From: Selaginella moellendorffii
Lineage: Eukaryota; Plantae; Lycopodiophyta
Length of the DNA: 64,000 nt
Assembly: GCF_000143415.4 (NCBI RefSeq)
Contig: NW_003314335.1
Location: forward strand, 929,845 to 993,844
Reading direction: 5' to 3'
The stretch's first letter is position 1; every line of letters starts with the position of its first letter. The notes beneath the pieces were generated by a model. The model was not told the origin of the DNA. It ran no database searches and saw only the letters and a program-made list of their open reading frames with translations. This document shows positions 12,001 to 25,043 of this stretch, one piece after another. The translations under genes and the position numbers were made by a program.

Positions 12001-13969
12001 GAAGACTTCCTTGTATCTGATCAGAAACAAACGCCCGAGTCAAAGACATAAAAAGAAAAAAATCGAGATCAAACGTACTTGATGAAAATGTTCAACCTCT
12101 TCAAGCGCTGTAATTATGTGTTGAATTTTCCTACCTGCAGTTACTGCCTCGGAATAGTCTAAAGAATTAACCTGAGACATTCCATAAGTCCATATACTTA
12201 TAAAAGTACGATATTGACCTCAGAACACATTTGAGAGAACCATTGTTGCAAGTTCTCATCTCTGATAGTCCTCGACAGAACCTGTATGTTATACATCACT
12301 ATGAGAAATTTATGATAATATTAAGGCCGTACCTTAACCCCCGAAAAAAACGCAGAGAGGTCATTCATGCATTCAGCGACGATCGTCTTGGATTCAGCCC
12401 AACGGGATTCTTTCCTCTTCAAAAGTTCACCATAGACATTCTTAAGCTCGAACTCCAGCTAAAAGAACAGTCATTAAAAACAGAAAGTGGACAAAGCGCA
12501 AACATACCCTTGAAGTGTCCAGCAATAAAGTCAGCAAAGCCATATCTTGATTCGATACCAATTCTCGAAGTTTACGGCTGGTGGTCTGAAATTAAGCATC
12601 GCCAGCGTGAACATTTCACAAGGAAAAAAACGTACGATATTATGAAGCAGCAGCCATCGTAATGTCGCATTACAGTCCCGTGCACAAGACAGTAGAGTTG
12701 AGATATTGTTGAGCACGAAATCCTGATTCAGAACTCCTTCCGATAAGAAGGCAGAGAGATCTGACAAGAGTGTCTGGACCTGCCGTCACGACGGTTCTTC
12801 AGAAAAATAACCAGCAAAACTGAGACTGCTCACTTTGGAGATTTGTTCCTGGCTCACAACACGCACAGCAGAAAGCGTAATGCTCGATGAAATTGCGTTT
12901 TTTGCCGCTTTGAATCGACTCCATGCACTGAGAAGGTCCACGGTGAATCCCATAAAGACTGGAAGTACCCAGTAAACTCTGAAAAACTTGTCCACAATCT
13001 CCCGCATCATCACACTATCGGAGTGAAGAATGGTTGGAGCGAAGTAGAGTAGCACGTAAAGGCTGGCAGCTTGACCAAGAAGAGCTGTAGTTCTGTGATC
13101 CGGACTAGGATAGTGCCCGACTTGATTGTACAGGTCGTGAGACTTCAGCCTTCCAATTACCGTTTTCACCAGAGAACTCGGCAAAGGAAAGCGTGAAAAC
13201 GATTCCTCTGGCCTGTGCAGGTTGAGCATCGTTGCCGGGACTGGTGGCGGGGAACTTTGAAGAAACGCTGTCACAGCCACCACGGGCGAAGATGTTGGCT
13301 GAGGATAGTGCCGGCAAAGCGTAGAAATGGACTCGAAGTTTGGGACGTCAAACGTGCCTTTGCAGCGAAAGTATGAAACCAAAAGGTTCTCTCGGAGTGT
13401 TCCATCGAGACGATGTTCAAGGAGAATGAGAACGACGCCTAGAAGCACCAATGCTTCTACTAGCAGTTGACAACCATCCTCGTTGTGGAGAACGCTTTCG
13501 ACAGTGCTCTGGATGTAAACACCTTCCTACAAACCGAGCAAAGAACTGCTAGAACTTAGTCTAGAAAAAACTTGATATAGTTACCTGAAGATCTTCCAGA
13601 TACCGTGTAAGATCGAGATAGTAGTTTACAATGCCATTGAAGAGCTGGAAGAACCGTTCTAACAAGTCAGAAAACTTGTCTCGAAACTCGTCGTCCAGGG
13701 AAGATAGCTCAGCATTTGATTCTATACGCTCCTCGAAAACATCAGGCGACTTGAAGTACCTGCGCATTAATCCACGTTACATAAATCCGAACTCCACAGC
13801 AAAAAACACACCTGAAATCGAACAGCAGAGGCGCGAAGATGGATCCGGGCGACTTAAACTCCTCCGGAACACGATCTGAGAGCCGCAAAAGCTCTGCAAT
13901 AAGCGCCTGTGCTCGGCTTACCAGCTGAAGAAGCGCTACACCCACACTCTGCTCGCAGAAATCCAGCAT
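9057..13969 (-). CDS. WASHC5: Strumpellin / WASH complex subunit 5, many short introns
   Basis: N-terminus MLDFCEQSVGVALLQLVSRAQALIAELLRLS, YLEDLQEGVYIQST, YPSPDHRTTAL..QA..LYVLLYFAP..LH, MREIVDKFF; last exon VANTVAWILDFAKY...SFGTR* ending at 9057. Confidence 0.88.
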
Positions 13970-14099
13970 AGCTTTAGAACCCTAAATAGTGTCGCGTCAA
14001 TTTTTTTGAAAAAAAAAATGTCAAGCACTTGCTCGTTTTGCATCGATTCCACAAGGCCTGGAGCTTGGCGTCTTATTTGACCGAGCCTCATTTGAGCTC

Positions 14100-15333
14100 A
14101 TTCCACCTGCATAGAGCATTCTTGATTGTATAAGAACCAGCAAGCAGTGATCACACTCATTTAAGCTTACCTGTCTTGCCTTCTCGCAATTTACTTTTCT
14201 TTTTTTGCAAGCTCGCGTTTTGCAACTTCAAGTCGTCAAGCTCCTTGTCCTTAAAGACGAGTTTAGCTTCTCCAGAAGAATCGCGAAAAATCCTGAGAAG
14301 ATTACCTTCAATCTTCAGTTTTTCTGGGCTTTTCTTCGTTCTCTTTGAGTTTCATTTCATCCCCTTCGGATCTTTGACCACCTTTCGCCAAGTGTCTGTG
14401 AAATCAAACAAGCAGTCACGAGTAGTTCATTCCAATCCAAAGCGAAAAAAAAAAACGCATGCACCTGCTTGTCCAGCGCGTCCATCATATCTAGAAATCT
14501 TTGCCCCTTTCCTTTAGCCTGTATCACACCATAAAAATGTGAAACGCACAAGGAAACGGAAATAACATACTTTTGCAAGTGTCTCGCTTCCATTTGACGA
14601 TATATTGGCTCTTCTGCGTCCAAGCACCTTCTAGAGTAGCAAAAGCATTAAACTGACAGTAAAACACGCTTTTTCATAGCTTACCCGAAGCTTGTTGGTA
14701 CATTGCATAATCTGTATTCGTAGCTGAAATTCTTCTTGCGGATTGAGAGGTTTTTCGCTTTTCACAACCTAGAGATCGAAGTAAAGATCGCGTCACATGT
14801 TGGATGGTAGACTTCGTACCTTGTCAGTCAGCTCATCCAGCTTCTCTTAAATGCTGCACGTTACAACGCAGCTAGTTGTTTGGAGTTTTCGCTCCAGTTC
14901 TTTCACCTCCACGGACAGCTTTTGGACTTGGGACCCTGCAGCTTTTCTCCCTGCCTCTATTTGAAAAATCGAGCTTTGAAGAATCGAGTTTCGAAGCTGA
15001 ACAAGGAAAGTTCTTAGTAAGCTCTTCACAGCGAAAGAAACTTTCTACCTGTAGTGGCTGGGACTTATCCACAAGCTCAGTCTCGGTATCCGGAAGTTCC
15101 ATCTCCGCTCTGAAAAGAAGTTTATGATCGAAACAGGAAAAGAAAAAGAAGAGCGTACCTGGAGTAAGCAAAAATAATCACAATATCCAGTGCGTGAATG
15201 GTCCCAAATATCCAATCAGGAGATTATAAAACGCACGAACTGATGACAAGCGTCAGTATAGAGATCCTGGAAGATTTAGCTGCTGGAGCTCAATCCTAAA
15301 GAGACGATCGATCGTGCTTGATCAATCGCCATA
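14100..15333 (-). CDS. Uncharacterised multi-exon coiled-coil protein, possibly disrupted
   Basis: Several short GT-AG-bounded segments (AEMELPDTETELVDKSQPLQ; VQKLSVEVKELERKLQ; FLDMMDALDKQ). Frames could not be joined cleanly. Confidence 0.3.
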
Positions 15334-15505
15334 GCTTGGAAATCCCACGAGATACAAGCTGGCTTGACATCAATGACGCCGATCTGCGGCGATGTCCCTA
15401 GCATAAACCCTAAGACGAAATTTTGGCGGGAAATATAATTTAAACTTGCCCACGTTGGCATGCCACGTGGGTTTATCATCTGGTTGCCCTAAAAACAACA
15501 AAAGA

Positions 15506-16048
15506 ATGAGCTCGGCTATGGCTGCCATGCCAGTGACCGCCCGCGCATTGGGATTGCGGAAGAATGCCTCATCCACGCCGCGGCAATCGATCACAGGTGA
15601 TAGATTCCTTAGATTTCCACACATCGATCGCTTCGCGCTTCCCGCGAGGTCTTCAAGCGACGAGGATCCTCCGGCTCCGCCTCAAGAAGCCTCCCCGGCG
15701 GACTCACAGATAGAAGCGCTGGAGGCGCGGCTCAAATCCAGGCGGCGCAAGCGGAGGAGCGATCCAGCGGCAAGCTCGTCGGCGAGGTCCGATCTTCCAA
15801 CGCGTGAAATCAAGCCCTGGGATCAAATGTCGCTGGGAGAGAAGGCGTATGAGGTCTATGTGGGTGAGAAGGGGATTCTCTTCTGGCTCAACAAGCTCGC
15901 GTACGCATCCATCTTTGTAATCGCTGGAGGATGGATTGTTTTTAGATTTGTTGGGCCGGCTTTGGGGTGGTACCAGCTTGACAAGCCGCTCTTACCTCCA
16001 GACAAGCTCTTTTCAGGCAGTGGTGACGTGAAACCACCATCGACTTAA
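15506..16048 (+). CDS. Plastid-targeted single-pass membrane protein of unknown function
   Basis: Ser/Ala/Arg-rich transit-like N-terminus and a C-terminal block resembling a conserved plant sequence, YVGEKGILFWLNKLAYASIF...FRFVGPALGWYQLD. Confidence 0.75.
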   Translation: MSSAMAAMPVTARALGLRKNASSTPRQSITGDRFLRFPHIDRFALPARSSSDEDPPAPPQEASPADSQIEALEARLKSRRRKRRSDPAASSSARSDLPTREIKPWDQMSLGEKAYEVYVGEKGILFWLNKLAYASIFVIAGGWIVFRFVGPALGWYQLDKPLLPPDKLFSGSGDVKPPST

Positions 16049-16519
16049 AAAGTGTAAGTGTAAGCTCCTGGGTGGGATTTTCTTTTTTTCTACCTTTTGT
16101 CTGCCTCACCACAATTGCGTTGTGTTGCTGCTCGTCTGGTTTTCCTTTAAATACTTCGTACTATGCAGGCGTTTAGGTGTGATCCCAGAGAGCATCATCA
16201 GTGGCAGCAGCGATGGTTTAATTCGTGATGTTGAGTTTGGTATGTCCTGTGCTGGGTACTTCGTTTTTTTTTTCCTGAGAAAATTCATTGCTCGCATTCC
16301 AGGGATTTAAAATTCCGAGTAGAAGCCAGAGAGAGAGCCAGTTGAAATCTTATGAGATAGCATTAGAACAGAGCATCAATCCGGAGCAACAGCTCTAACA
16401 AGGTAACTACTTTCTTTCTCTTGTTTTTGTTACTCCTTGTTTCTATAGTTTTTCTTTTACTTACCATGCACACGCTTTGTTTTGCAGCCGAAAAAAGCCA
16501 TAGATTTGTGATAACTCAC

Positions 16520-18013
16520 TCAGTTGCACTGGTTAGCACCAATTCCGACGCGGTTGCCAGTGCTATCAAACGACATCCGGAACGACTGCTGCTGGATGTT
16601 GCCGATGATCGAGAAGTTCTCGCTGTTTGGAGCAAAAGCCAGGCAGTAAGTCCCCGAGTTGTCCACCGGAACCATGATGTTCTGAGCAGGCAACGCCATG
16701 GTAGCACCTCCGTTGAACACAAAGCTCACTGCCGGCAACATTATCGACGATCGCCCAGACAGGTCGTAGCAAGTGTCAAACAGAGAGAAGCCGCTCGTCA
16801 TCTTCGCGTCCGACGGCATACCAGCTCGAAAAGCATCCCTCATCGGGTTGTAGGCCGAGGTGACGAGCCGGGTGACGGCAGTGCCCGAGTCGAGGATCAC
16901 ACCACCGTTTCCAGTCGACGAATCTAGCGAGAGTGAACCCGCCGGGATGCTTACTGAGGTTCCGCCAACTTTGATGCCGACCATCTCAACATAGTAGAAG
17001 GTATCCAGCTTCGGGTTCGTGAGCAGGGTGGTGAACTGAGCATTGGATGCCACTGCCTGGTTGCCGAAGATGAGCGGCACACTTCCGGTGGACTCTCTAG
17101 TCGGCAGGCAGTACGAGAAAACACTGCCGTAGAGCTGGCCGACCTGTGACGGAAACGAGAGAAGTCCCTTGCCGAGTCCGAGAAGTCCAGCAGCGCCAGT
17201 GAAGAGGCCTTGATTGTTGTGCCCGCAGCCGATGGCAACCGAGTTGACAGCGTTGGAACCGAAGGAAAGAGTCTCGGTGGAGAACTCACCGACAGTGAAG
17301 GAGCCATCGCCGTAAGAGACCTGGTACAGGCACTGGTTCCTCCGGCAGCCGCGGATCAAGAGCTGCTGGCACAGCGAGCTCCCGCAGGTGATGGACTGGA
17401 AAGTCGAGGAGAAGGAAGGATTGAACAGAGGGTCCGTCTGGCCGTAGCAGCTCTGGCAAGGCAGGCATTGGAGCCAGAGAACATCGCTTCCGGTGTCGGC
17501 AACCATGTTGACGGTTCGCGGAGGTGTTCCGACTCCGAGAGAGACGAAGTACTCGCCACTGCCGTCGGAGAGGCCGGATCGCAGCGGCGTCTCGAAGTCC
17601 TGCTGCAAGAAGGGGTTGGTGTTCTTGAGGGGATTCGTGAGGCTCGACTTTGGGATCCCGGCGACTCCGAGGCTGATCCGGGAGGAGATGGACAGGAGGC
17701 GGAGCTCGTCACGGTGGAGACGATTGCGGACGAGGCCGTGTACGGTGGCGTTGGCTGGGCGGTACGGTGAATCTGCCGAATCTCTGTGCATGAGACCGAT
17801 TTGGAGACCACTGCTGACAGACTCTTCTTTTTCCTCCAGGCCTTGGGTGGAGGAGGAGGAGGAGCCGCGAGCTGGAGTTACGGGAGTGGGATTTCTTCCG
17901 AGGAAGAGAGCGTCGATGCTGATCTTGAGGTACTCTTTGTCGCTGCTGCTAGCTCTGGATTCCACCGAAGTGACCACCAGGCTGAGAATGCAGACGAGCG
18001 CAGCTAGAGCCAT
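16520..18013 (-). CDS. Secreted A1B (nepenthesin/ASPG-like) aspartic protease, intronless
   Basis: Signal peptide, SGLSDGSGEYF, catalytic DTGS and DSGT, GCGHNNQG, IIGNIQQQ. Confidence 0.95.
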   Translation of the reverse strand: MALAALVCILSLVVTSVESRASSSDKEYLKISIDALFLGRNPTPVTPARGSSSSSTQGLEEKEESVSSGLQIGLMHRDSADSPYRPANATVHGLVRNRLHRDELRLLSISSRISLGVAGIPKSSLTNPLKNTNPFLQQDFETPLRSGLSDGSGEYFVSLGVGTPPRTVNMVADTGSDVLWLQCLPCQSCYGQTDPLFNPSFSSTFQSITCGSSLCQQLLIRGCRRNQCLYQVSYGDGSFTVGEFSTETLSFGSNAVNSVAIGCGHNNQGLFTGAAGLLGLGKGLLSFPSQVGQLYGSVFSYCLPTRESTGSVPLIFGNQAVASNAQFTTLLTNPKLDTFYYVEMVGIKVGGTSVSIPAGSLSLDSSTGNGGVILDSGTAVTRLVTSAYNPMRDAFRAGMPSDAKMTSGFSLFDTCYDLSGRSSIMLPAVSFVFNGGATMALPAQNIMVPVDNSGTYCLAFAPNSENFSIIGNIQQQSFRMSFDSTGNRVGIGANQCN

Positions 18014-19135
18014 CGTCGCCCCTGCGAGACAAAGATCGATCGATCAAAGAAAGACGAAGAAGAGCAAGAAGCAATGCTAGGCACGACGACCCAATCAAGA
18101 ATCCGAGGCATTTGGCACCGACTTACCGGCTAGAGGAAGCTCCGCGACACGATGAAGCTGCCCAAGTCCTCCAAATCTCTCGCCGAGCTCACGGTGCCGC
18201 GAGCATTCCCCGGGAATTCGAGAAGAACGCGACTAGAAAAGCGAGCCAAGGCCAAAGAAAAGGAAATTCCTGACAAAAACTCTGGAGCACGGGCAAGGAG
18301 GTGGAAGGAACACACAAGGATCGATCGGTCGAGAGATGGGCTATAACTCTCGCGAGAGTTAAAAAAAGAGCTCCTCCCTCTCAGAGATGGAGGAGATGGT
18401 GAAAGAAAGAAGCAAAGCAAGCTCGTGATACCTGTGAGCAAAGAGGCCACATTTATACCATATGGAACAAAAGAGAGAGGGAAAAGTGGGAGCACAGCAC
18501 AGTAGCCAGCAGCAGCAGGAACAAGGCAGGCGGGCGGATTATTATAGTCAAATAAACTCGATAATTAAGACGCAAAGCTAATCTACAAAGAAAAAAAAAA
18601 CAGAGGAAAACACGACTCTAGATGCTCTCTAAAGTTCAAAAGAGTTTGAGAAGTTAAACTCACTGTTCTTCGTCCCCAATTTGGATCACTTTTTTTACCA
18701 CTGTGCATGGTAGAAAAGCTGGGATTTTTACATGCAGCCAACCCGCTTCTCACCTGCCTATAATTAAGAAGCACAACGAAGAAGAACACGTCCAGTTTTA
18801 ACCGATATATTAAATGATCGATGATCGATCTCTCCCCCTGTTTGGTAAGGTAGCTAAGGTTTTTCTTTTAATTCTCGGTGGCGCCCATGATTCGATCCAA
18901 TCGAGAGCTAAACTTGGAATGCGGCTCGAGAGACTCGCATCGCCAACCACGCTTTTTTTGGGCGGGCCAAAGTTTTCCAAGCTTCTTGGAAGGATCAAAC
19001 AAGAGGGGATTTTCTTACTGCTCTTCCGTGAATTTAGTTTGAAGCGTCACAGGAGATGTGTGATTCTTGTTAGTTGGAGTAGCGATCTTGCTATTTAGAT
19101 CCGAGGATTCGTAAGTTTGGTGTTGGATCTTAAAC

Positions 19136-19225
19136 AAATGCGCCGCGTACGGCATTAGAATCAGAACAATGCGCCGCGTACGGCAGTAGACCCAAGTAAA
19201 TGCCCGCGTACGGCATTAGACCTGG
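19136..19225. repeat. Three tandem ~30-bp copies of AATGC(G)CCGCGTACGGCA(T/G)TAGA upstream of AGT2
   Basis: Copies start near 19137, 19168 and 19199. Confidence 0.85.
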
Positions 19226-19409
19226 TTACGGTGTCAAAAGACAAGTGAATAAATGAAGATGACAGGCCGTACGAGCATTTGTCTTCCATGTTCTTTCGCC
19301 AAACTCTCGTACGTAGCGATCCAATGGATATTCTCTCCGTCCACGTCAGCGCACGATATACTAATGAGCAAAGTTTTTGCTCTGGCCTAGGGCTTTGGCT
19401 GGAGCTGCG

Positions 19410-21313
19410 ATGGCGCTTTCGATCGGCCGGCATTGCGCGCGCTCGCGATCGCTCCTCCGGAGGCTCTACTCGTCGTCGCCCGATGCCGCGCCGGATCTTC
19501 CAGCTCTTCAAATGCCGGCTTTCGATCACGTCCCGCGGCCCTACGCCGGCCCCAGCGCCGAGGAAGTCCTCGAGAAGCGGAGGAAGTTCATGAATCCCGC
19601 AATGTTTCTCTACTACAAGAAGCCTGTGAGTGTGAATTTGTGTCTTTTTGATGGATGGATTGATCGCGGGCGTCTTGCAGCTCAATATTGTGGAAGGGAA
19701 GATGCAATATCTTTACGATGAGAGTGGAAAGAGGTACTTGGATGCGTTTGCTGGGATTGTCACTGTTTCCGTGGGTCATTGCCACCCAGAGGTTGTCCAG
19801 GCCGTGATCAAGCAAACCGAGCTCTTGCAGCACACAACCACGATCTATCTACACCATGCTGTCGCCGATTATGCTGAAGCTCTCGCGGCAAAAATGCCTG
19901 GAAATCTCAAGGTTCTGTGAAAAGTTCTATGTTCTTCTGTAAACTTTTATCTTTCTTTCCAGGTGGTTTTCTTTGTGAATTCTGGATCAGAGGCTAACGA
20001 TATGGCAATGCTTATGGCTCGGCTCTACACTAAGTCGTATGATATTGTTGCTCTACGTAATGCCTATCACGGTATGAGCCCGTCTACCATGGGACTTACT
20101 GCCCATAGCACCTGGAAATATAGCGTCCCTCAGGTAAAATCTTTCGTGTCGGATCTAGAGCTGAATTTTTTCTTTCTTTTTTTTCTTTTTTTTTCTTCTC
20201 TTCAGGGATTTGGAGTACACCATGTTTTGAATCCGGATCCCTACAGAGGTCCGTTTGGAGCTGATGGAAAGCTCTATGCAAACGACATCGCAAATCTTAT
20301 TGAGTCAGCAACACCCGGAAAAGTGGCTGGATTCTTTGCAGAAACAATTCAGGTTTTGCTGTGAAAGTTTTTATATTCTGTGTGTCGTGAGCCTTTGTCT
20401 TTTTTTCTTTTCAGGGTGTTGGCGGCGCCGTGGAACTTGCGCAAGGCTACTTACCAGCAGCCTACGAAATAATTCGAAATGCTGGAGGTCTTTGCATCGC
20501 GGATGAGGTACAAACCGGGTTTGGCCGCACTGGAAGCCACTATTGGGGATTTGAAACTCAAGATGTTCTGCCAGATATCGTGACGATGGCGAAGGTCGGT
20601 GTTTGTTTCTTCCTCTTTTTTGCTTGCCAGTGAAGTATATGCTAACTCCAATATCCAGGGAATTGGAAATGGTCTTCCTCTGGCTGCGGTGGTCACGACA
20701 CCAGAGATAGCAAGTGTTCTCGCAGAAAGACTCTTTTTTAATACTTACGGCGGGAATCCCGTGTGCTCGGCAGCAGGCCATGCTGTGCTGAAGATTTTGG
20801 ACAAGGAACAGCGTCAGCAGCACTGCGCTACTGTCGGAAACCATCTTCTCGCGAGACTCCGGGCTTTGCAAGATAAATACGAGCGTACGTATATCCATGC
20901 TTTGGTTTAGTTCTAAGAACTCTCCAACTTGATCTTTGCAGTGATAGGAAACGTCAGAGGCAGAGGTTTGATGCTGGGAGTAGAATTTGTCACCGACAGA
21001 GTTGCCAAGACTCCCGCGAAGAACGAGACGATGATGGTGATGGAAAGAATGAAAGGTGAGCTTTTCGGTTTCTTTGTTTACGCGTTGTCACGGCTTTCTG
21101 GGTTTTCTATCTTAGATCTTGGGGTGCTCGTCGGCAAAGGTGGGCGACATGGTAACGCGCTTAGAATCAAGCCGCCGATGTGCTTCACTCTCGAGGACGC
21201 TGGTAAGAACAAACTTAATCAATTAGATTGTCATCTTTGATAAGTGTTCTTAACACTATTTCTTTACAGATTTCCTGGTTGATGCGTTGGATCATTCGCT
21301 CTCCACGCTTTAA
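19410..21313 (+). CDS. AGT2: Alanine:glyoxylate aminotransferase 2 (class III PLP enzyme), mitochondrial, multi-exon
   Basis: [73 protein letters not shown]. Confidence 0.95.
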
Positions 21314-21480
21314 ATCCTTAAGGTGAAAGATCACCTCTCTTTCATATGTGGAAACGCAAAGACCATAAAAAGCAATATATTTGATTCCCTACGGTGGGTA
21401 TATTCCCGCATCTTAATCTAATTTGTCGAGAGGATATTCCAGGGTGAAATGGCAGGTGGAAGCTTGATCGTGTTCCATGG

Positions 21481-23800
21481 ATGGAGTATCTCGACGCGCT
21501 ACAAACCCTAGCGTCTTGCTCGTCGCCAGCGCCTGCTAGTGCCATCGCGAGGCGTAACCTGAGGTGCGTATCCAGCAGGGGACGACGATCGCCGGCTTCG
21601 ATCCGGCTCCATTTGGTGGAATTCCAGCAATCTCTCCAGCGATCTCGCATCGTAGCTGCGGTGTTCTTGTCATCTGAGGTGCGCGCTACTGCGCGGCCAA
21701 GGCGCGGCGGCCGCAGGAAGAAGGCGGAGTCGCAGGATGGAGATGTGGAGCTCGAGATTTTCAAGTTTATGGAGCAATCGGGAAAACCTAATACGTTCCC
21801 GACCAAGGAAGAACTCTTCGCTGCTGGTCGTGGCGATCTAGTGGAAGCTGCTGTTAGGAAAGGGGGCTGGCTGACAGTAGGATGGGATTTCCAAAGGCCA
21901 TCCTCGTCTGGGAGCGATCTGACCCAAGAAAAATTCGAAATTCACGTCAATGGTTCGAGGAAAAAGAAGGATCGAGCTTCGAAAAATGGATCAAGGTGAG
22001 CGAGAGTATCAACTTGGAATACTTTTTTATTCATCTTTTGCTTTTCTCGTTTCAGTGATAGTGATGAGCAGCATTTGATGCGGTTGAATGGCCAAACCAG
22101 CCAAAGTTTTCCTGCAAAGGTGTGTTAGTGTTTATAATTCGTTGGTTGGCCGAGATTTTGATGTTCACCCTCGTCAGGGAATTTTAGTCCATGGAAGCAA
22201 TCCGGTAGAATCAAGCTGCCCCGCAAATGATGGACCTTCTTACATACGAAATGGAAAGGGTAGGAGACATCCCAGAAAAACAACGAGCACGCTGGCTGAA
22301 ATTGACAAAGCTACTACCAATGGTAAGGACCGTTTCTATTTATTTGTTCTGTGTATAAGTTGTTTTACTCTCAGGCCCAGAACTAAATGCCGAGGCCAGC
22401 CATGAGCACTGGAGAAGAAAGCGCAGGAAAAAAACGACGTCCATCGCAGCTGATGATAGTACCAGCGTGAAGAATGCCTTGAGTTGGATACACGACATGG
22501 TTCAAAAAAGGGAGCAGTGGATTTTGGAATCAAGATCGAGACCTTCGAAACTAAGGTCATCGGAAACCCCTCCAGCTGATATTACTCCTGCAGAACCAGA
22601 GTCTTCGCCACTATCAAGGAGCGATGACAGCAGAGTATCGCGAAGCTCGTCTCGAATTTTTTCAGCGGAGTCACCAGCAAGGGGTTCTTTGAAAGGAACT
22701 TCGTTGAGACCATTTTCGAGGGTACCGTCAAGCACGACAGAAAGTCCTGAAACGTCCGCAAGATCACTCACTTCCAGCAGCCCATCAAAAACCGGACAGG
22801 ACATACGAACTCCAGCTCCATTGACAAGAACTTCATCCAGAGTATACTCAACTGGAGCTTCAGCTTTGTCCAAGAAATCTTCATCTTCTGCTGCAAGCTT
22901 TTCTTCTACCACAGAGACCGGCGGCTCAAATTCTTTCAACTTTCGATTGCAGAAGCTGGAAACAAAGCTGCTTGCCACTCGCGCAGCGCTAAAATCCGGG
23001 CGCGCCACATTGTTGAAAGGAGAAGACAAGCTTTTGCAGGTTGGTGAGTAGGCAACAATGTTTTCACGCCAAACATCTCACGTTGTCACTGCAGGTACAA
23101 CGAAAAACTAGCGAAGATCTTGCAAAAGCCGCGGACTCTTTGGAATTCAAGGAGACCGAGATCATGCAAACCCGTGCGGAGCTCCGGAGAACTCGCGCTC
23201 AAGTAACTGCAATGCAAGCGAAGATGGCTCTGGAGCTCTCGTAAGTTGCATTCCCTGATAGCTTTCTCATGCTCAAAGTTTCGCGTTCTAGGGAAGCTCG
23301 CAAAGCAGCTGATGAGAAACAAGTGCTACTCGACAGAGCAGAGAACGCGTTAAAGATGATGCGATTTGTACGCATTGTTTGGCCCAATGCTGCGTCGCAC
23401 GTCCTCCTTACAGGCTCCTTCGACGGTTGGACAAACAAGGTATCAAAGATCTTCTAGCGGTGATAAAGTAGTTCTTATTCTCTTTCTCTTGGCAGATCAA
23501 GATGGAAAAATCTGGTGCTGGAGTCTTTGTGACGGCTCTACATTTGTATCCTGGCCGCTACGAGGTAAGGATCTTCGCAAATTTTTGATCGAGTTTTAGG
23601 AGAACTAGACTGAGTTTCGCAAGAAGTTTGGATTGGAGAGAAGTAGATTGAGTTTCCCAGAAGCTTGGAGAACTAAGAACTGTGTTGTTTATGTTTTTTT
23701 CCAGGTAAAGTTTATAGTGGACGGAACATGGCGAGTAGATCCATGCCGTCCAATCACATACGCCGACGGCATCGAGAACAACGTGTTAATGGTGTCCTGA
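21481..23800 (+). CDS. PROTEIN TARGETING TO STARCH 2/3 (FLO6)-like, with coiled coil and C-terminal CBM48
   Basis: FPTKEELFAAGRGDLVEAAVRKGGW motif; coiled coil; CBM48 WPNAASHVLLTGSFDGW...LYPGRYEVKFIVDGTWRVDP...ENNVL. Confidence 0.85.
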
Positions 23801-23954
23801 CGCTACACACAAAGAAAAAGAACACCCACACTGGGCGAAAAGATTTCGACCGTCTAGAAATTGGACGGCTAGGTGTTAATGTAACGTTTGTATTCGTGTC
23901 AATGTAACGTTTATATTCGTGTTAAGCCAATCAATTAGGGTTTATCGGAGGAGG

Positions 23955-24830
23955 ATGGGAGCCGAGGTTCACGCGGTTGCGCCCGTCGCCGGCGCCATGG
24001 ACATCAACGCTGTGCGCGATCTCATTGCCGCGCGTCGATTCAACGAGATCGCTGCCTTCTGCGAATCGCTGGAGCTCGAGGTAATCGCGATTTTCTCTTC
24101 GGCGTGCTTGGCTCAGGGTTTACGTGTAGTACGCCGCGAGAGGATCAGAGCATGGCGAGGATTGGCCTTACGCAATCCACATTCTTGGCCATATCTATAA
24201 CTCGGATTTGTAAGTTCTTTGGCTATAGATTCTCCTCTTTCTTCTCTCTTGATCGATTTTTTGTTTCCTTCTCCAGGGACAGTGCGAGGTTTCTTTGGAA
24301 GCGGATCCCCGACTCGATCAAGCAGTCGCAAATGGAGCTCGCTCAAGTCTGGAAGATTGGTCAGTGCATGTGGACTCACGACTACGTCGCAGTGCACGAA
24401 GCCATCCGAGGATTCGACTGGACGCCAGACGTGAAACAAGTGGTCGCTGCTGTTGCGGGTAAGGCACTCGTCGGTGATCTTTGCCTTCTTTTCTCATTGC
24501 TTACTTACACCACAGAGGACTTCTCGAGAAAAATCTTTCGGCTCCTGTCCACGGCATACTCGACTTTGAGCATACCCGATGCTGCGTCATTCTTTGGACT
24601 TACGGAGAGCGAGACCATCGCATGTAAGTTCTTTCCAAACTTTTGCAATGGTTGGAAAAAAGTTCTTAGTGTGTGCCTGTGTTCTTACAGTGGCTGAGCA
24701 GCAAGGATGGATATTGGATCCCACATCGCAAATGTTCAACGTCCGGTCTATTCCACCGACGGCAGAGCAAAAGCTGGATACGAGCAACTTACAGAACCTG
24801 ACGGAATACGTCTTCCATTTGGAGCATTGA
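23955..24830 (+). CDS. CSN8: COP9 signalosome subunit 8
   Basis: WPYAIHILGHIY, ARFLWKRIP, VWKIGQCMW, LSTAYSTLS, C-terminal LQNLTEYVFHLEH. Confidence 0.9.
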
Positions 24831-25043
24831 GTACTCTCTCTTTACCTTTCTGCTTGTTATTTTATCTGAAAGTTCATATCGACATCTCTTTCAGATGCGC
24901 GCGCTCCGTTAAGATTCAATCTAATTGTACCCGCGCACCCGCAGTCAACTGCAAAAGTTGTGTCATGCGGAGTTCATGCTCAACCAAATTGCTCCGCTTT
25001 AGTCGAGCATTTAAGAAGTTTTGTTTGGCTTGAGACTCCGGTC

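Noticed and set aside
16421-18080. Antisense and alternative-frame ORFs over the aspartic protease (likewise over the synthase, NYN, PPR and BAHD genes)
   Set aside because: Shadow ORFs caused by GC-rich codon usage; no recognisable motifs.
19136-19225. CRISPR-like array
   Set aside because: Only three ~30-bp units with 6-8 nt linkers in eukaryotic DNA; no cas genes.
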